From positions 44,084,001 to 44,148,000 of the forward strand of contig NC_087251.1 of the NCBI RefSeq assembly GCF_037042905.1: DNA of 64,000 nt, in the 5' to 3' direction. The notes below the pieces were generated by a model. The model searched no databases and was not told the DNA's origin. It saw only the letters and a program-made list of their open reading frames with translations. Within the stretch, counting starts at the first letter, position 1, and the number at the start of each line of letters is the position of its first letter. Made by a program: the position numbers and the translations under genes. This DNA is from Lytechinus pictus (lineage: Eukaryota). Below are positions 1 to 12,273 of the stretch, in pieces.

Positions 1-30
1 GATATTATATCTCTTATTCGAGAAAGAAAT

Positions 31-557
31 CCCGGGGGGGCACTCGACCAAAAAAGTGGTAGGGGCCGCGGGCGAGACAAAAAACTGGGGCCTTGGAGCG
101 GGCTTATTGTAAAAAGGAGGGTCCTCGGAACGGGCTTCGGAACTACAATTTTGTGAAAACGGGGGTCCTTGGAACGGATCGCCAGCGTGCGAGTACGTGC
201 GTATGTACCCCTATGGAACGGGCATGCGTGCATGATGCAGCTATACGCGGCCTCCGCTGGGTGCGCTAGCGCAGAGACGATGGTCGGACAGCGCTCGGCG
301 GCCGCTTTTCACCAAAATTGCAGCAGATCGATGCGACCGGAACGGCGTAACGAAAAATATGCGAAGCTTTGGAGCGGATTTCTTTCTTTTTTTTTCTCGA
401 TAAGAACAAAGTGCTATGCCTTGGAGCGGCTTTCTTTGTTTTTTGTCTCGATAAGACAAAAATGCTATGCCTCGGAACGAAAATTTGAGTGTGAAAATGG
501 GGGTCCCCTCCGCGGCACATACCCACTATGCATTATATACTGAGTGCCCCCCCCGGG
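31..557. mobile_element. Non-autonomous DNA transposon (MITE) with CCCGGGGGGG termini, inserted in the LINE
   Basis: TIR cccgggggggcactc / gagtgccccccccggg; 8-bp TSD aaagaaat at 23-30 and 558-565; removal restores the LINE frame DIISLIRERNVAYKK. Confidence 0.88.
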
Positions 558-2536
558 AAAGAAATGTGGCGTATAAAAAAAGGAAGAAAAATCTAAGCGA
601 TGATGATTATGACACGCTTTCTAAAAGATACAAGAAATTAAGAAATATGGTTCAAAGAGAGGTCACCTGAAAAAAGGCCAAATCAGAATACCTACAAAAT
701 AAAATAGAAGAAAATAAAAATGATTCTAAAAGACTTTGGCAGAATCTAAATAGTTTGGGATTAAAAACGAGAAATGGAAAGGACCAAGAATTAGTCGTTT
801 CAATTGACGGAGAATTATATCATGATAAGATAACTATTTCCAATGAATTCAATTCCTATTTTACAAATGTCGCAGCTACGTTGGTAGATAAACTTCCATC
901 TTGCAAAGACATTTTCAGTGCAGACAGTGAGAACATTCGTGAATTTTATGAAAAAAAAGTATAAGCCAAGATAAATTTGAATTATTACCTGTTATAGTGA
1001 TCAATTCATTTTTAATGAGTTGCGTAAATTAGATGTATCAAAAAGCACTGGATTTTTGATACCTGCTAAATTTCTAAAAGAAGGAGCAAAGAGTTTGTAC
1101 AAACCATTGAATTTCTTGATAAATCTCTTTATCTTTACTAGCACATTCCCAGAGGATATGAAAATTGCAAAAGTAACTCCTATTCATAAGAAGAAAGATA
1201 AAACTGCTGTTGAAAACTAAAGACCTATCAGTGGTTTAAGCATAGTATCCAAAATTCTAGAAAAGGCGGTATGTGTTCAGATCGAAAAATATTTTAAAGA
1301 AAATGATATGATTTACGAATATCAGTCTGGTTTTTGACATGACTATTCGACTGAGACATGCCTTATTCACTATCTGAGAACTAATATTTCTAAGGGACAA
1401 TTCGTTCGGATGGTACTCCTAGATCTTCAAAAAGCATTTGATACAGTTAATCATGGCATCTTATTGAAAAAAATACAAATAATGGGTTTTAACCAGGCTA
1501 CTGTAGCATGGTTCAAATCCTACTTGTCGAATCGACATCAAGTAGCGGCTATTCGCGATATTCGTTCCAAAATTATGCCTATAACGTGTGGAGTTCCACA
1601 GGGAAGTATTTTAGGCCCAATTCTATTTTCAACTTATATCAATGACATGTCTATTTGTATAAAAGCTGACTGTAAATTATTATTGTATTTAGATGAAAGC
1701 GTACTACTTTGTTCAAATTCCAACCCAAAATTTGTTGAGGAAAAACTTAGCGAACAGCTGTCTACATGTGTCGATTGGATGACTGATAACAGATTATCGT
1801 TACACTTAGGCAAAACCGAGAGCATTCTGTTTTGTTCTAAAAAGTAATTATAAAACTTCATTTGAATTTGAAGTATCATACTATATTAAGATAATTCAGA
1901 GGAAAGAATCTGTAAAGCATTTAGGCATTGATTTTACTAGCTCCCTTTCATTTCATCTTTAGTAGAATCAATCGTAAAAAAGGCGAATGCCCGTTTGAAA
2001 TTTCTATACAGGTATGGATCAGAAAGCAAGGCGTATTCTCTGTTTTGCTCCTATTCAGAGTTTATTGACTACGCTAACCCTGCTTGGTTTAGTGGCATAA
2101 GCGAACTCGATAAAAAGAAGTTGAAAATTATACAGAATAAAAGGTTAGATTTATTAACTGTTCTGGTCCCAGAACCCATGTTGGCTACACCGAACTCTCT
2201 GGAGCAGGTTTTCTTGAAGTCAACAAAAGATCAAAACAGCTTATTTTACACCACGTGCATAAAATCTATCACAATAGATCGAATCATTACATTGGATCAA
2301 ACTTTAATTTAGTTACCGAATTACATAACTATAATACAAGAAACAGCCATTTCAACTTTTGCTTACCAGAAAGGGTAGGTAGTATTGGTAACTCCTTTTA
2401 TTCTTTTATTACAATGCTATAAAACATTGGAATTGCCTTCCCAATGATAAAGGAAATAGAAACTTTTTGCATAAGAGGAAATTGAAAGAATATCTTTCAC
2501 TTGAGAGTCAAAGAGAAGATGCAAATGATATATTAT

Positions 2537-2751
2537 TCCGGTAGGATGCGAAAGATATTGTATGTTTGATTTTGCCAGCGCCATAATGAGGCTGCGATGA
2601 ACGCAAGGAATGCTCCCCAGGGAGTGGAAATCGTGCGCTTTTCGTGCAGGATTGAAACGAATCCGATGACCGGGGTAATAATATGCTGTAACGCGCTTTG
2701 AGCCATTCTGGGAAAAGCGCTTTATAAAAAATTAGCTACTATTATTATTAT
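2537..2751 (+). mobile_element. 5'-truncated SINE inserted at the end of LINE ORF2
   Basis: Similar to 26640-26863 (ccggtaggatg...cccagggagtgga...aatccgatgac.ggg.taataatat..ctgtaa.gcgct...(TAT)n); flanked by tatattat at 2529-2536 and 2752-2759. Confidence 0.75.
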
Positions 2752-2849
2752 TATATTATACGGTTGATTTAGCCTGAATACTGACCACGTTCTTTTCTCT
2801 TCTCTACCAGGTATTATATTTATTTAACATAGTTTGATTGAAGCTTCGA

Positions 2850-3060
2850 TATGTCCTTTTATTCTTTCTATTTCTTTTATCTCTTCCTTCTATTCTCCTC
2901 TTCGTGTTGTTATTGTTGTCGCTGTTTTTGCTGTGGTTCTTCTCCTTATTATCTTTATTCCTCATCCTTTTCTTCCGTCTCCTTCTCCTCCTCCCCTTTC
3001 ATCTTCTATTCCTCCTCCTTCTTCTCCTTCTTTTCTTCTTCTTCTTTGTTATATTTTTGT
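2850..3060. repeat. CT-rich low-complexity tract
   Basis: Degenerate (CTT/CCT)n seen directly. Confidence 0.85.
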
Positions 3061-3349
3061 ATATATTGGGTAATAGTAAATTCTGATTTTTTTTCTTCAT
3101 TTTTGTAATATGTAAATAGTATAATTTTACCATTTTATTATCTTAATTCTGTATGTCGAGGACCCAACTGGAAATAAGCTTTCGAGCTTTCGTGGGTCAT
3201 CCTGTGCAAGCCTGTTGTTTTAATGCTACTGTATATATATGTTATGGTGACTTGCCAAATAAAATCAATCAATCAATCAATCAATATAAACTATAGACGT
3301 AGAGGGTGTCAACACTTTGCCGTAAATATATTTATACAATATCGGTAAT

Positions 3350-3535
3350 ATTGAAGCGCAGTGCATATCCATGCAATGGTGACGAACAGTAGGCAGCCAG
3401 CTAGCAGTGCAGTGGCCTCCATCTGAAGTTCAGTTGGTGTATGCCGATAGATTAATGTACAGTAAATCACCAGAGGATTTGTTCCTCATCAAGGTGTTCA
3501 GTGTTTCTTCACCCTTGAAGTTCGGTCGGGTAAGT
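3350..3535 (+). promoter_or_regulatory. Probable promoter and non-coding first exon of SMIM12
   Basis: Relatively GC/CpG-rich unique patch ending in a consensus donor GTAAGT at 3530-3535; the next clear acceptor is tttcag at 7091-7096, upstream of the SMIM12 ATG. The TSS cannot be determined. Confidence 0.45.
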
Positions 3536-4139
3536 AATTTTATAGAGCTAACTTTCCACTAAGACATTACTATTTTAAGTGCATACGATTTGTGTGGATG
3601 CTTTATCCATACGGTACCGGTACCGTACATAGATATCACAATTTCATGACGCTGACATTCGAATTACGCAGGGACTAAATCCCCGGGAACTGTACAGAAG
3701 ATCTCGACACTAAATGTGAGGTTAAGAGACTGAATGAGAGGCCGATTGTTCCTCCCTATTTTCCTTCTCCGCCTCGGCAAAAGTTCCATATGCAAACTAG
3801 CGCTAGCCTTGGAGGACTCCGTTATGATGTTTTTTAATATTAATTTGACATAGGGCCTAGGCCCTATACTTTTACATCACGGTCACAGAGCCTTGAAATG
3901 GTCGCCATACTCATAGTGTAAGGGAGACTTGTCAACACGGATGGATTTTCCTAGGAAATCCATATTTAGAGGGTGAAATTGGTTTGTTTCTCTTGATTTT
4001 ATTTATGAACCGTCATACCAGGGTGACCAGATTTCACAAAATGAAATACGGGACAAAGCACGATGCACAAACGGATTGAAAAAGCCAGATCGACCGAGAC
4101 AATTAAATTTTTTTTAAATCAACAGAGAGGGCTACACTA

Positions 4140-4870
4140 TGTTAGAAAAGAAAAGGAAAGGGAGGGTGAATGAAAGAATGAAGGAGAGAAAGAAAAGAGA
4201 TGAAGAGAGAGGAAAGAAAGACACAATGAAGGAGGAAATGAAAAAAAGAAAAAGTTAGAATAAAAGGTTGGATGAAGAAAGAATAAAAGAAAGAAAAATT
4301 GTTTCTGCCATTCTTTGAAATGAATAAAGAAAGAAAGGAAGGGAAGATGATTGAATATGTGATGGAAAAAAAAGGGAGAAAAAAGTAAGAAAAAACAAGA
4401 AGAAAGAAAGAAATACTGAACGAAAGAAAAGGGTTTCCTTCATTCTTTGAAAGAAAGAAAGATGGAAAAACAGGAAGGGAGAAAGGAAGGAAGGGAAAGA
4501 ATGAAGAAGGGAAAAGAATTAGAAGGGGAAAAAGAAAATAAAGAATGAAAGAAAGCCGATGAAAGGGAGGGAGGAGAGAATGAAAAAAGACAGAAAACTA
4601 ATGGAAGAAGAGAAAGAACAAAAATAAAAAGGAGAAGAAGGGAGAAGGAAGCAAAGAAAAGTTTTAAGGAAAGAAAAAATGAAGGAAATAAAAAAAGGTA
4701 TTCAAAAAAATGTTGGAAAGTAAGAGTAAGAAGGAAAGAAAGAAAAATGAACAGAGACAAAGGACCAGAAAAGAAAGCTAGGAAAGATTTGAAATACAGA
4801 TGGATGGAACAAAAAAAACGCCAGCAGGAAGTACGAAGAAAGAGGGATAGGAAAGAAAGACAGAGGACTA
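4140..4870. repeat. GA-rich low-complexity tract
   Basis: Purine-rich (GAAA/GGAA) degenerate repeat. Confidence 0.85.
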
Positions 4871-4941
4871 AAGTTCAAACTTCAAGCAAACAAAAAAATC
4901 CAATCATCTAACAAAAGTCTTCATGATATTTGGGTTTTTAA

Positions 4942-5345
4942 AGGAGAATGAAACCTTTGGAACAGGTTAGCTTGTGTGAAAACAGAAGAATCAAAGAAAC
5001 AGGTCAACAAAAGTTTGAGAAAAATCGGACAAATAATGAGAAAGTTATCAGCATTTAAATATTGCTATCACTAATGCTATAGAGATCCTCACATTGGCAA
5101 TGTAACAAAGATGTGTGATGTCACTTGTGAACAACTCTCCCCATTTAGTATATATTTCACTTAAGCTGCCTCTTTTATCACATATCAGTAGATCATGTGT
5201 TCTTTCTATATAGGAGGGCATGTAATACAGATTTTTAAAGAATACATCATGGACAAAGAGTTTGTATCACCATAAGAAAAAGCAAAAAAGACATTTGGGG
5301 GTAGTTTATTGTCCATCAAAGGGAAAGTTGTTCACATGTGAACAA
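4942..5345. mobile_element. Truncated TTAA-flanked (Kolobok-like) MITE fragment
   Basis: TTAA|AGGAGAATGAAACC start; internal aaaatcgga...aaagttat motif shared with the other TTAA|AGG elements; right end missing. Confidence 0.4.
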
Positions 5346-5566
5346 CTTTCTATTTTTTTGTTCATATTTTTTATTTTTCTGTTTCGACACAAGCCTACTT
5401 TTTTTTTTCAATTGTTAGAAAATGAATAAAATTTCATAGTGAAACATTGTCAAACTTAAAATTAGATGAAACATCGCAGCATCTCTCATCCCATTACAAG
5501 TTGGCACCAATCACGAAAGGTGAAACAACTAGATCTACAGTAGTTATGAAAACTCAATTACTTGCT

Positions 5567-6340
5567 TAGGGACAGTGATTTTCCGTTTCTAAAAATTGCC
5601 TTTTCCGTTTCAGAAAATCTCAAATTCCGTTTCAGCATGTCTGAAAACGGAAATTCCGTTTCCCCATAGACTTCGTGTACATGAAAAAGTGACAATTCCG
5701 TTTACATAGAAAACCAATACGCAATGAGTAGCGCGATGTCAAAATGCTAGTGCTGGTCAAAATTTGCATCAACCAATGTACTAAAATCGCTTCAAAATCC
5801 ATTTTAATCGAAGAGATTCGAGCTCAAAAACTATTTAGAGAAACATAATCAACATTAATACATCCTCACCTTTCATATTATTAGCATTATTTTATGGTTA
5901 CATGGGATTTTATTGCTGATTTGGGGACTTTTCGGACATTGTTTTGAGCAGTCGACGACTTCCGCTTATCCGCCATGTTGAATCACCGTGATCATTGTAT
6001 TATGACCGAACGCAGAGGGCAGCAACACACGGCCTTATTCTGCCTTATATGCGGACGTCAGTGTAAACTAATTTAGATACGATCGAGTGATGGAGGGGCC
6101 CGAGTGTAGTTACGATATGTTGATTGTCATGATTGTTGTTGCAAAGTGAGATCGTGTTTTTTTTCAGTTGATATTCGTATTTTGTTGAGGATTTGGGATT
6201 AATTTCTGTTGATATTTTGTGCATTTTGAGAAAAAACAAGTTTTCCGTGATTTTCCGTTTGAAAAGCCACTTTCCGTTTCAAAAGGCCGATTCCGTAAAT
6301 TCCGTCCGTTTTCCGCGATCGCGGAAAATCACTGTCCCTA
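5567..6340. mobile_element. MITE with TAGGGACAGTGATTTTCCG TIRs (copy 1)
   Basis: Perfect 19-bp TIRs; flanking direct repeat cttgct; subterminal ttccgt repeats; second copy at 58536-59114. Confidence 0.9.
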
Positions 6341-7233
6341 CTTGCTCCACCGATCACATCACCAAATCAGTAATCTGAGAACCCATAATATAATCATTAA
6401 AATTTCCCGCCCATTTTGTGATTATTTTGGTGAAAAAACTGTTTATCATGTGAGATTGTTTGCACCATTGGTTCTGCTGAGTCCAATCCTACATGCCTAG
6501 CTAGTAGCCTGCCACACAGGCAGGAGGCCATAGCAGGCCATGTGCATGCAGCAGCTAGTACATGTGCTGACTTTGCATCATCTGTTGGTTATTTTAGGAA
6601 AATTCTTCACTTTTCTATTTATTAATTATATTTAGTTCAATACTCCAAAATACGGGACAAATAGGCGTCCCGGGAAGGGTTGTCGGGATGTACCTGTAAA
6701 GCTGCCAAATAGTAAAAACAATTGGCAGAAGAACAAAAATTACTTAAGGTTTTGTATTTTCATGAATGAATACTTTGTTTAAAAAAAAGAGAATGAGTAG
6801 TTAACAATTTGGCCTTCCATATGGATCTGTTTTCCTTTGGGAAGTTTTTTTTTTTTAAACTACATCTCACCAATCAGTTATGTTTGAGAGACAAAACAAA
6901 TTGTACAGTTACTCGCGTGTCTGGCGTGGTCATAAAAAGTGATTAGTATTCCAGTCACTAACAATAGCCTAGTACTTACATTTGAAGATGTCTTCCGGAG
7001 GAGTTGTCCTCAGAGTATTAGACATGCCATGATTTTGCATGTTTGTTATTTTTGCTTGTATCCACTAATGAAAATGTCCTCATTGCTTTATTTCAGGCTC
7101 CCACAAATTCTACTGAGCAAGGCAGCTAGACGACCGAAGTACGATTCAAGTAACCACTTGGTGGGTGAATGGTGGAAGCAGTTGCTGTGATGAGCTACCC
7201 TTTCCTGTTGAAGTCAGTTTGAAGCAAGTCACG

Positions 7234-7503
7234 ATGTTACAAGTCCTGTTAGCAGGGTTGCGATCCTACGCACCGTGGGTCACCCTTCCTGTCGCAATAG
7301 TGGTCGGGGCCGTAGGATTCACAGTGGAGCGGACAATACATGGGGGTAAAGCCAAACCTGTACGCCTCAAGACCGTGACCGAGGAACGAGATGAACGACA
7401 ACTGGCAGAGTCTGTCAATCAAGATTGCACCAATGTGGCAAGCCTGAAGGAGAAAAAGGGCATCCCCAAGTCTTCCTTGGAGAGAAATGAAATCAGTAGA
7501 TAA
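7234..7503 (+). CDS. SMIM12: Small integral membrane protein 12 (89 aa)
   Basis: MLQVLLAGLRSYAPWVTLPVAIVVGAVGFTVE...KTVTEERDERQL...VASLKEK...PKSSLERN matches the SMIM12 pattern as I recall it ([20 protein letters not shown].LE...SISERREDRKL...VVSLKDK...PK.VL.RN). One hydrophobic helix; exon acceptor at 7096. Confidence 0.92.
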   Translation: MLQVLLAGLRSYAPWVTLPVAIVVGAVGFTVERTIHGGKAKPVRLKTVTEERDERQLAESVNQDCTNVASLKEKKGIPKSSLERNEISR

Positions 7504-7976
7504 TGGATCTATCTCGGAAGCTTTCTGCAATATTGTCCACAATGCCAATTCATTGAGATTGACAATGCATTAAACACTCAAGAGAACTTGGAATTATCAT
7601 ATATTATGATGAATTGAAAGTAATATGAGCATATTAGTATATTTGATATTCTGACTATCTTTAATTTTGCTTGTGCCTTCAGCATTAGCTGGCATTTTGT
7701 TGTTAAAGAGTGATGGAGTGATAAAGGGACAAATTGGCGTTAGAGTAGAATACACACTAAACTTTTTTAGGTCGAATTACTTGTTTACCTAACCTAGTCC
7801 TCCAGGTGACCTCCTGTCAAGTAAATTAGTCAAAGGACACACTTAATTGAGTCAAAATGGCGCACATAAGTGAGTCAAATGATGTATTGAATAGCTATTG
7901 TTTGTCCTATGATACACTTATGTGCATAACAAATTATTTGTTTCATGTTTTATATAAACATGTCTTGGAACAAATG

Positions 7977-8431
7977 GGCCTCTATTCTGAAGTTGGATTT
8001 CATTTAAACTCTGGTCTAAAGTTATGGTGTAACTATGGATAGCCGATTGTGAAATAAATCTTGAAAGGTACAGGACTACAGGTTCAATTATTCAACATTT
8101 GTAACGGAATTTCATTGATTTGTCTGTATTATCGATTATATTGAATATGTATTGTTAGTGTTACTTTGATTATATCTTGAAAAAAATTGTTGAACGGAAA
8201 TAAATAAATCTAAATCTAAATCAATTTATCTGCTCACTTGACACTCAAATCATAATAACCATCTATGATTAATGACTAAAACAGTTTCTTCATCATTGAA
8301 GCAGGATGAAAAAGCATGGTAAACCTTAGAAAGAGACATTGTAAACAAAAGTTTGACATTTTCTGCTTCCCATACCTTTAGCCCAGAGTTAGTCCATGGC
8401 TTAATTTAAACCAAACTTCAGAATACGGGCC
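7977..8431. mobile_element. Harbinger/PIF-like MITE
   Basis: TIRs ggcc.ctattctgaagttgg / ccaaacttcagaatacgggcc; 3-bp flanks atg/atc. Confidence 0.6.
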
Positions 8432-9128
8432 ATCAAGACTAATTGAGTATCTAATTCAACTCTTTTTCTTTGGTGTAATTTGTTTTGTATCATTCATAAC
8501 GAGGTTCACTTTGGGGAGAAATTATAACTCAATGTGAGTCACTTGAACTGGAAAATGTCCTCTGAGTTGCAGGCTGTTGTTGCCAAAAGCATTGATATGT
8601 ACTGCAGCCAACCTTGAATTTTAATAAAGGACTCTAGTCTAGACACAAGCACCCAACAAACCTCAATTTATTTTTGATAATATTGTCATTTGGACTTTGG
8701 AGTTGCCTGTCTGGACAAAATTGTGACTGAAATGCATGTATCAGATGCCAATGCTCAAACAGAGCTAAGTGATCTCGGTCATTTGGTTGGCCCAAAGGTT
8801 GCATGGGTTATTGCACATTGAAGTTAAAGGCAACATAGGCCACTAGATACTCAATTTTTTTTTGTTTTCTAAATCAAAACCATTTGTCAAATCAACTTCA
8901 GTAGGACTTTGTATGCATATATTTGGGTGATGTATTAAGGTTATTAATACTACTGTCTTGCCTGCATAGCAGAATCAAGATAGTTTTTTTTCTGACAGTG
9001 GATGGAGGCAATATCATCAATATTGAAATCCTAACTAAGGCTAAGCTTTTGAAGTATCATCTTAACCTTGAAAATATAAGAATATGTTTCATGAAATTCG
9101 GAGTTTGAACATAGATTTTTCAAGATCA

Positions 9129-10445
9129 TTTTTGTCTCAACTGCATAGCAGAGTGAGACTATACTAGTTGGCCCCGCTTTTCCGATGGCGACGGCGGCGG
9201 CGGCATCAACACCAAATCTTAACCGAAGGTTAAGTTTTTGAAATGACAGCATAACTTAGAAAGTATATAGACCTAGTTCATGAAACTTGGTCATAAGGTT
9301 AATCAAGTATTACTTAATATCCTGCCTGAGTTTCATGTCACATGACCAAGGTCAAAGGTCATTTAGGGTCAATGAGCTTGGACCATGGTGGGGGAATCAA
9401 CATCAAAATGTTAACCTAAGGTTAAGGTTAAATGTCATCATAATGGACCTAGTTCATGAAACTTAGACATAAGGTTAATCAAGTATTACTGAACATCCTG
9501 CTTGAGTTTCGCGTCACTTGACCAAGGTCATTTAAAGTCAATGAACTTTGGCCAAATTGGGGGTACTATTTGTTGAATTACCATCATAACTTTGAAAGTT
9601 TATTGGTCTAGTTCATAAAACTTGGACATAAGAGTAATCAAGTATCTTCGAACATCCCGTCTGAATTTCAGGTCACATGACCAAGGTCAATGAACTTTTG
9701 CTATGTGGGGGGTATCTGTTGAATTACCATCATAACTTTGAAAGTTTATGGATCTGATTCATGAAACTTGGACATAAGAGTAATCAGGTATCTTTGAACA
9801 TCCTGTCTGAATTTCAGGTCACATGACCAAGGTCAGAGGTCATTTAAGGACAATGAACTTTAGCCATATGGGGGGTATTTGTTGAATTACCATCATATCT
9901 CTGTAAGTGTATTGGTCTAGTTCATAAAACGTGGACATAAGAGTAACCAAGTATCACTGAACATCTTGTGCGAGTTTCAGGTTACATGACCAAGGTCAAA
10001 GGTCAATGGACTTGGCCATGTTGGGGGTATTTGTTGAATTACCATCATAACTCTGTAAGTATATTGGTTTAGTTCATAAAACTTGGACATAAGAGTCATT
10101 AAGTATCACTGAACATCTCATGCAAGTTTCAGGTCACATGACCAAAGTCGAAGGTCATTTAAGGTCATTGAACTTTGGCCATTGTAGTGGTAATTATTAG
10201 ATTGCTGTCATACCTTTCAAAGTTTATAGATAGAGTGTATAAAATGTGGATATAAGGGTAATCAATTATCACTGACAAGTTTTAGGTCACTTGATCAAGG
10301 TCAAATGTCAATGAACGTAGTATTGTATCATTATATGAATGGTGTTTTTTGTGAATAATTATTTTATAGTAGTTTTCAAAGTCAGCACTGCTGCTATATT
10401 GAATCGCATGATGCAGGTGAGACTGCCAGAGGCATTTCACTTGTT
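9129..10445 (+). mobile_element. Helentron-associated (HINE/DINE-1-like) element, copy 1
   Basis: T-run start; 5' subTIR gtctca(a/c)ctgcat with short hairpin to gtgagac; (GGC)n; internal ~160-190-bp tandem units; 3' subTIR atgcaggtgagac; short hairpin; ends cacttgtt; no TSD. Confidence 0.8.
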
Positions 10446-11079
10446 AAAGTTTAAGTCCGTATTCCATAAAAAGTATCAGCAAATGGATGAGTGTAATTTC
10501 AGGACTCCTGATGCCTAAGTCAAGGGTAATTATGGGGCCGGTACGCTGGTATCGACTTCAAAAACGGAACCAATTCTAAGATTTTGAATTTTCAAGATAA
10601 TTTTGAAATCTGAAGTCCTTATGGATATAAAGGTCATCAGATACCACCCATCATATGAGTATGCTGTTAGGTTACTAAGTCAAAGTCAAAGGTTACTTCA
10701 GATCAATTAACTGATAAAAATGTTTTGTTTTCGAAAGCATTTAATCAAAATAAGTGAAACTTATGTGAGTTGGTTATTGGATATTGTAAATGATATAAAA
10801 TGAATAATGTGTTTCCTAGCCAATGTCACTTTATCCAATAAATGATTTGTCTCTTATTTTTAAAAATTATTCCTCTTATTGTTTCCATATCCCATAAAGG
10901 TTGTATAAAAGGAGTATGAAGTTCCAAGATGGAACTGTCCCTTCTTGGTCTGGGGTTATTTTATTGGACATTCAAAGGGTAAATGAAAAGAGAAAATGTT
11001 TGGTATTTCAAGCATTCACCCTATTTGTTTTCATATTCTATTAAAGCCAAGGGGGCCTAGCCCCCCCCCCCCCCCCACA

Positions 11080-11750
11080 CACACACACCAAGAGAGAGAG
11101 AAGGGAGAGGGGAGAAAAGGAAAGGAGAGGGGAAAGAGAAAGAGAATGAAATTTGGGAAAGCGAGGGAACAAAGATAGGATGCGGGAAAAAAAAGAAAAA
11201 GGGGAGACTAAAGAGAGAAAGAGAAGCAAAAGAATAGAAAGGGAGAGGGGAAATAAATGAAGGAGAAGCAAAGAAGCAGGGGAAACGGGTAGTTCATAAA
11301 AGGGGACTGGGCAGGTTGGTAAGAAGTCGGGGCTCTTTTTATCCCCCTTTTCTCACAAATGAATAGAAGGTAAAACAATGAAGAAAACAAAAGAAAGTCC
11401 AGGTACGAAATGATCTAACCTTCGGCAGGCGCGGATCGAGGGGGCCTTGCGCTCTCCCCCCCCCCCCCCCTGCAAAAGAAGAGAGAGATAAAAGGGGATG
11501 AAAAGAAGTGGAAGAGAAAGACATAAGAAAAATTGATAAAGAATACAAATAATGAAGAGGGAAGAAGATGCCTTGCCCTGCTCCCGTCCACCATGCCAGA
11601 AATAATAGCAAGCTCAGCTCTCCCAGTAACATAGATACAAGGGAGCATAATGAAAGTAGAAGGAAAGGGAGAAAAATGAGAAAGAACGGGAATAAAGAGA
11701 GAAAGAACGGGAATAAAGAGAGAAAGGAAATGATCAGCCGATAGAGGAAG
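11080..11750. repeat. GA-rich low-complexity region with TE fragments
   Basis: Purine-rich tract, poly-C runs, 22-bp tandem duplication gagaaagaacgggaataaagaga at ~11678-11722. Confidence 0.7.
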
Positions 11751-12273
11751 CTAGCATTAAAGGGAAAATATCAGTCTTTTTTCACAAACTGTGAATCTAT
11801 AAAGCCCTTACCACCTCTTTATTACAAATAAATTTAGATTAGGAAAGGTAAATTGAAAGATAAAGTCGTTCTCATGGGCCGAAGCAGCCAAGGCCTCTGC
11901 ATTGGCCGCACAAACAAAGAGAGATATGGGGGGGGGGGGGGGTGAATGAAGGAAAGGAGAAAGGGTAAAGTATAAGTATAATCACAGGAAGAGGATTTAC
12001 TGGAAGAAAAGTTAAGAAAATGAGAGGAAAAATATAATTGTCAAATAGCAAACCTTTCATTCTTTTTAGATAAACGACGATAACTGTTGCACTCTATAGT
12101 ACAGGCCGTCAATTTTATCAAGACGACCCCTTCCGACCGGCTTTGGTTCTTCGATAAGCCAATTAATCGAGGAAATGTAAAATATTTTTTCCCACTTTCC
12201 CTCTCCCACCGCCCCTAGTGTACTCTGGATCCGCCCCTGGGAGAATTTGCTGCACGGCAAGAAAATTAATTAA

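Larger units (their letters stand above)
1..3285 (+). mobile_element. Decayed non-LTR retrotransposon (CR1/L2-group LINE), 3' part of ORF2 (reverse transcriptase) plus 3' UTR; 5' end outside window
   Basis: Broken reading frames carry RT motifs: YKKLRN...KAKSEY...RLWQNL, AKVTPIHKK, *RPIS, YQSGF, LDLQKAFDTVNH, GVPQGSILGP, YLDE (degenerate YADD), LHLGKTE. There are several stops and frameshifts. ORF2 ends ...ANDILYG* at 2765-2767 once the SINE is removed. The 3' end is AATAAA followed by a (TCAA)n tail to ~3285. Confidence 0.9.
4019..6690. mobile_element. Probable hAT-like DNA transposon remnant hosting a GA-rich tract and nested MITEs
   Basis: Starts cagggtgaccag; the subterminal motif aaatacgggacaaa occurs at ~4044 and ~6648; the right TIR was not found. 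Confidence 0.35.

Noticed and set aside
169..543. 124-aa ORF
   Set aside because: Non-ATG start, lies inside a MITE, no recognisable motifs.
2834..4760. F/L/S-rich ORFs (also around 11000-11650 and 13100-13500)
   Set aside because: Translations of CT/GA low-complexity tracts.
9031..9252. Recurrent minus-strand [23 protein letters not shown] (also 24144-24398, 53303-53515)
   Set aside because: It is the antisense reading of the HINE 5' end and (GGC)n; the tails diverge at the element boundary, so it is not a gene family.
9250..10320. Regularly spaced repeats resembling a CRISPR array
   Set aside because: Whole units repeat with no unique spacers; eukaryotic context, no cas genes.
11426..12239. 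Single CAGG-GCGGATC TIR element
   Set aside because: The ends resemble TIRs but there is no matching TSD; probably fragments of separate insertions.
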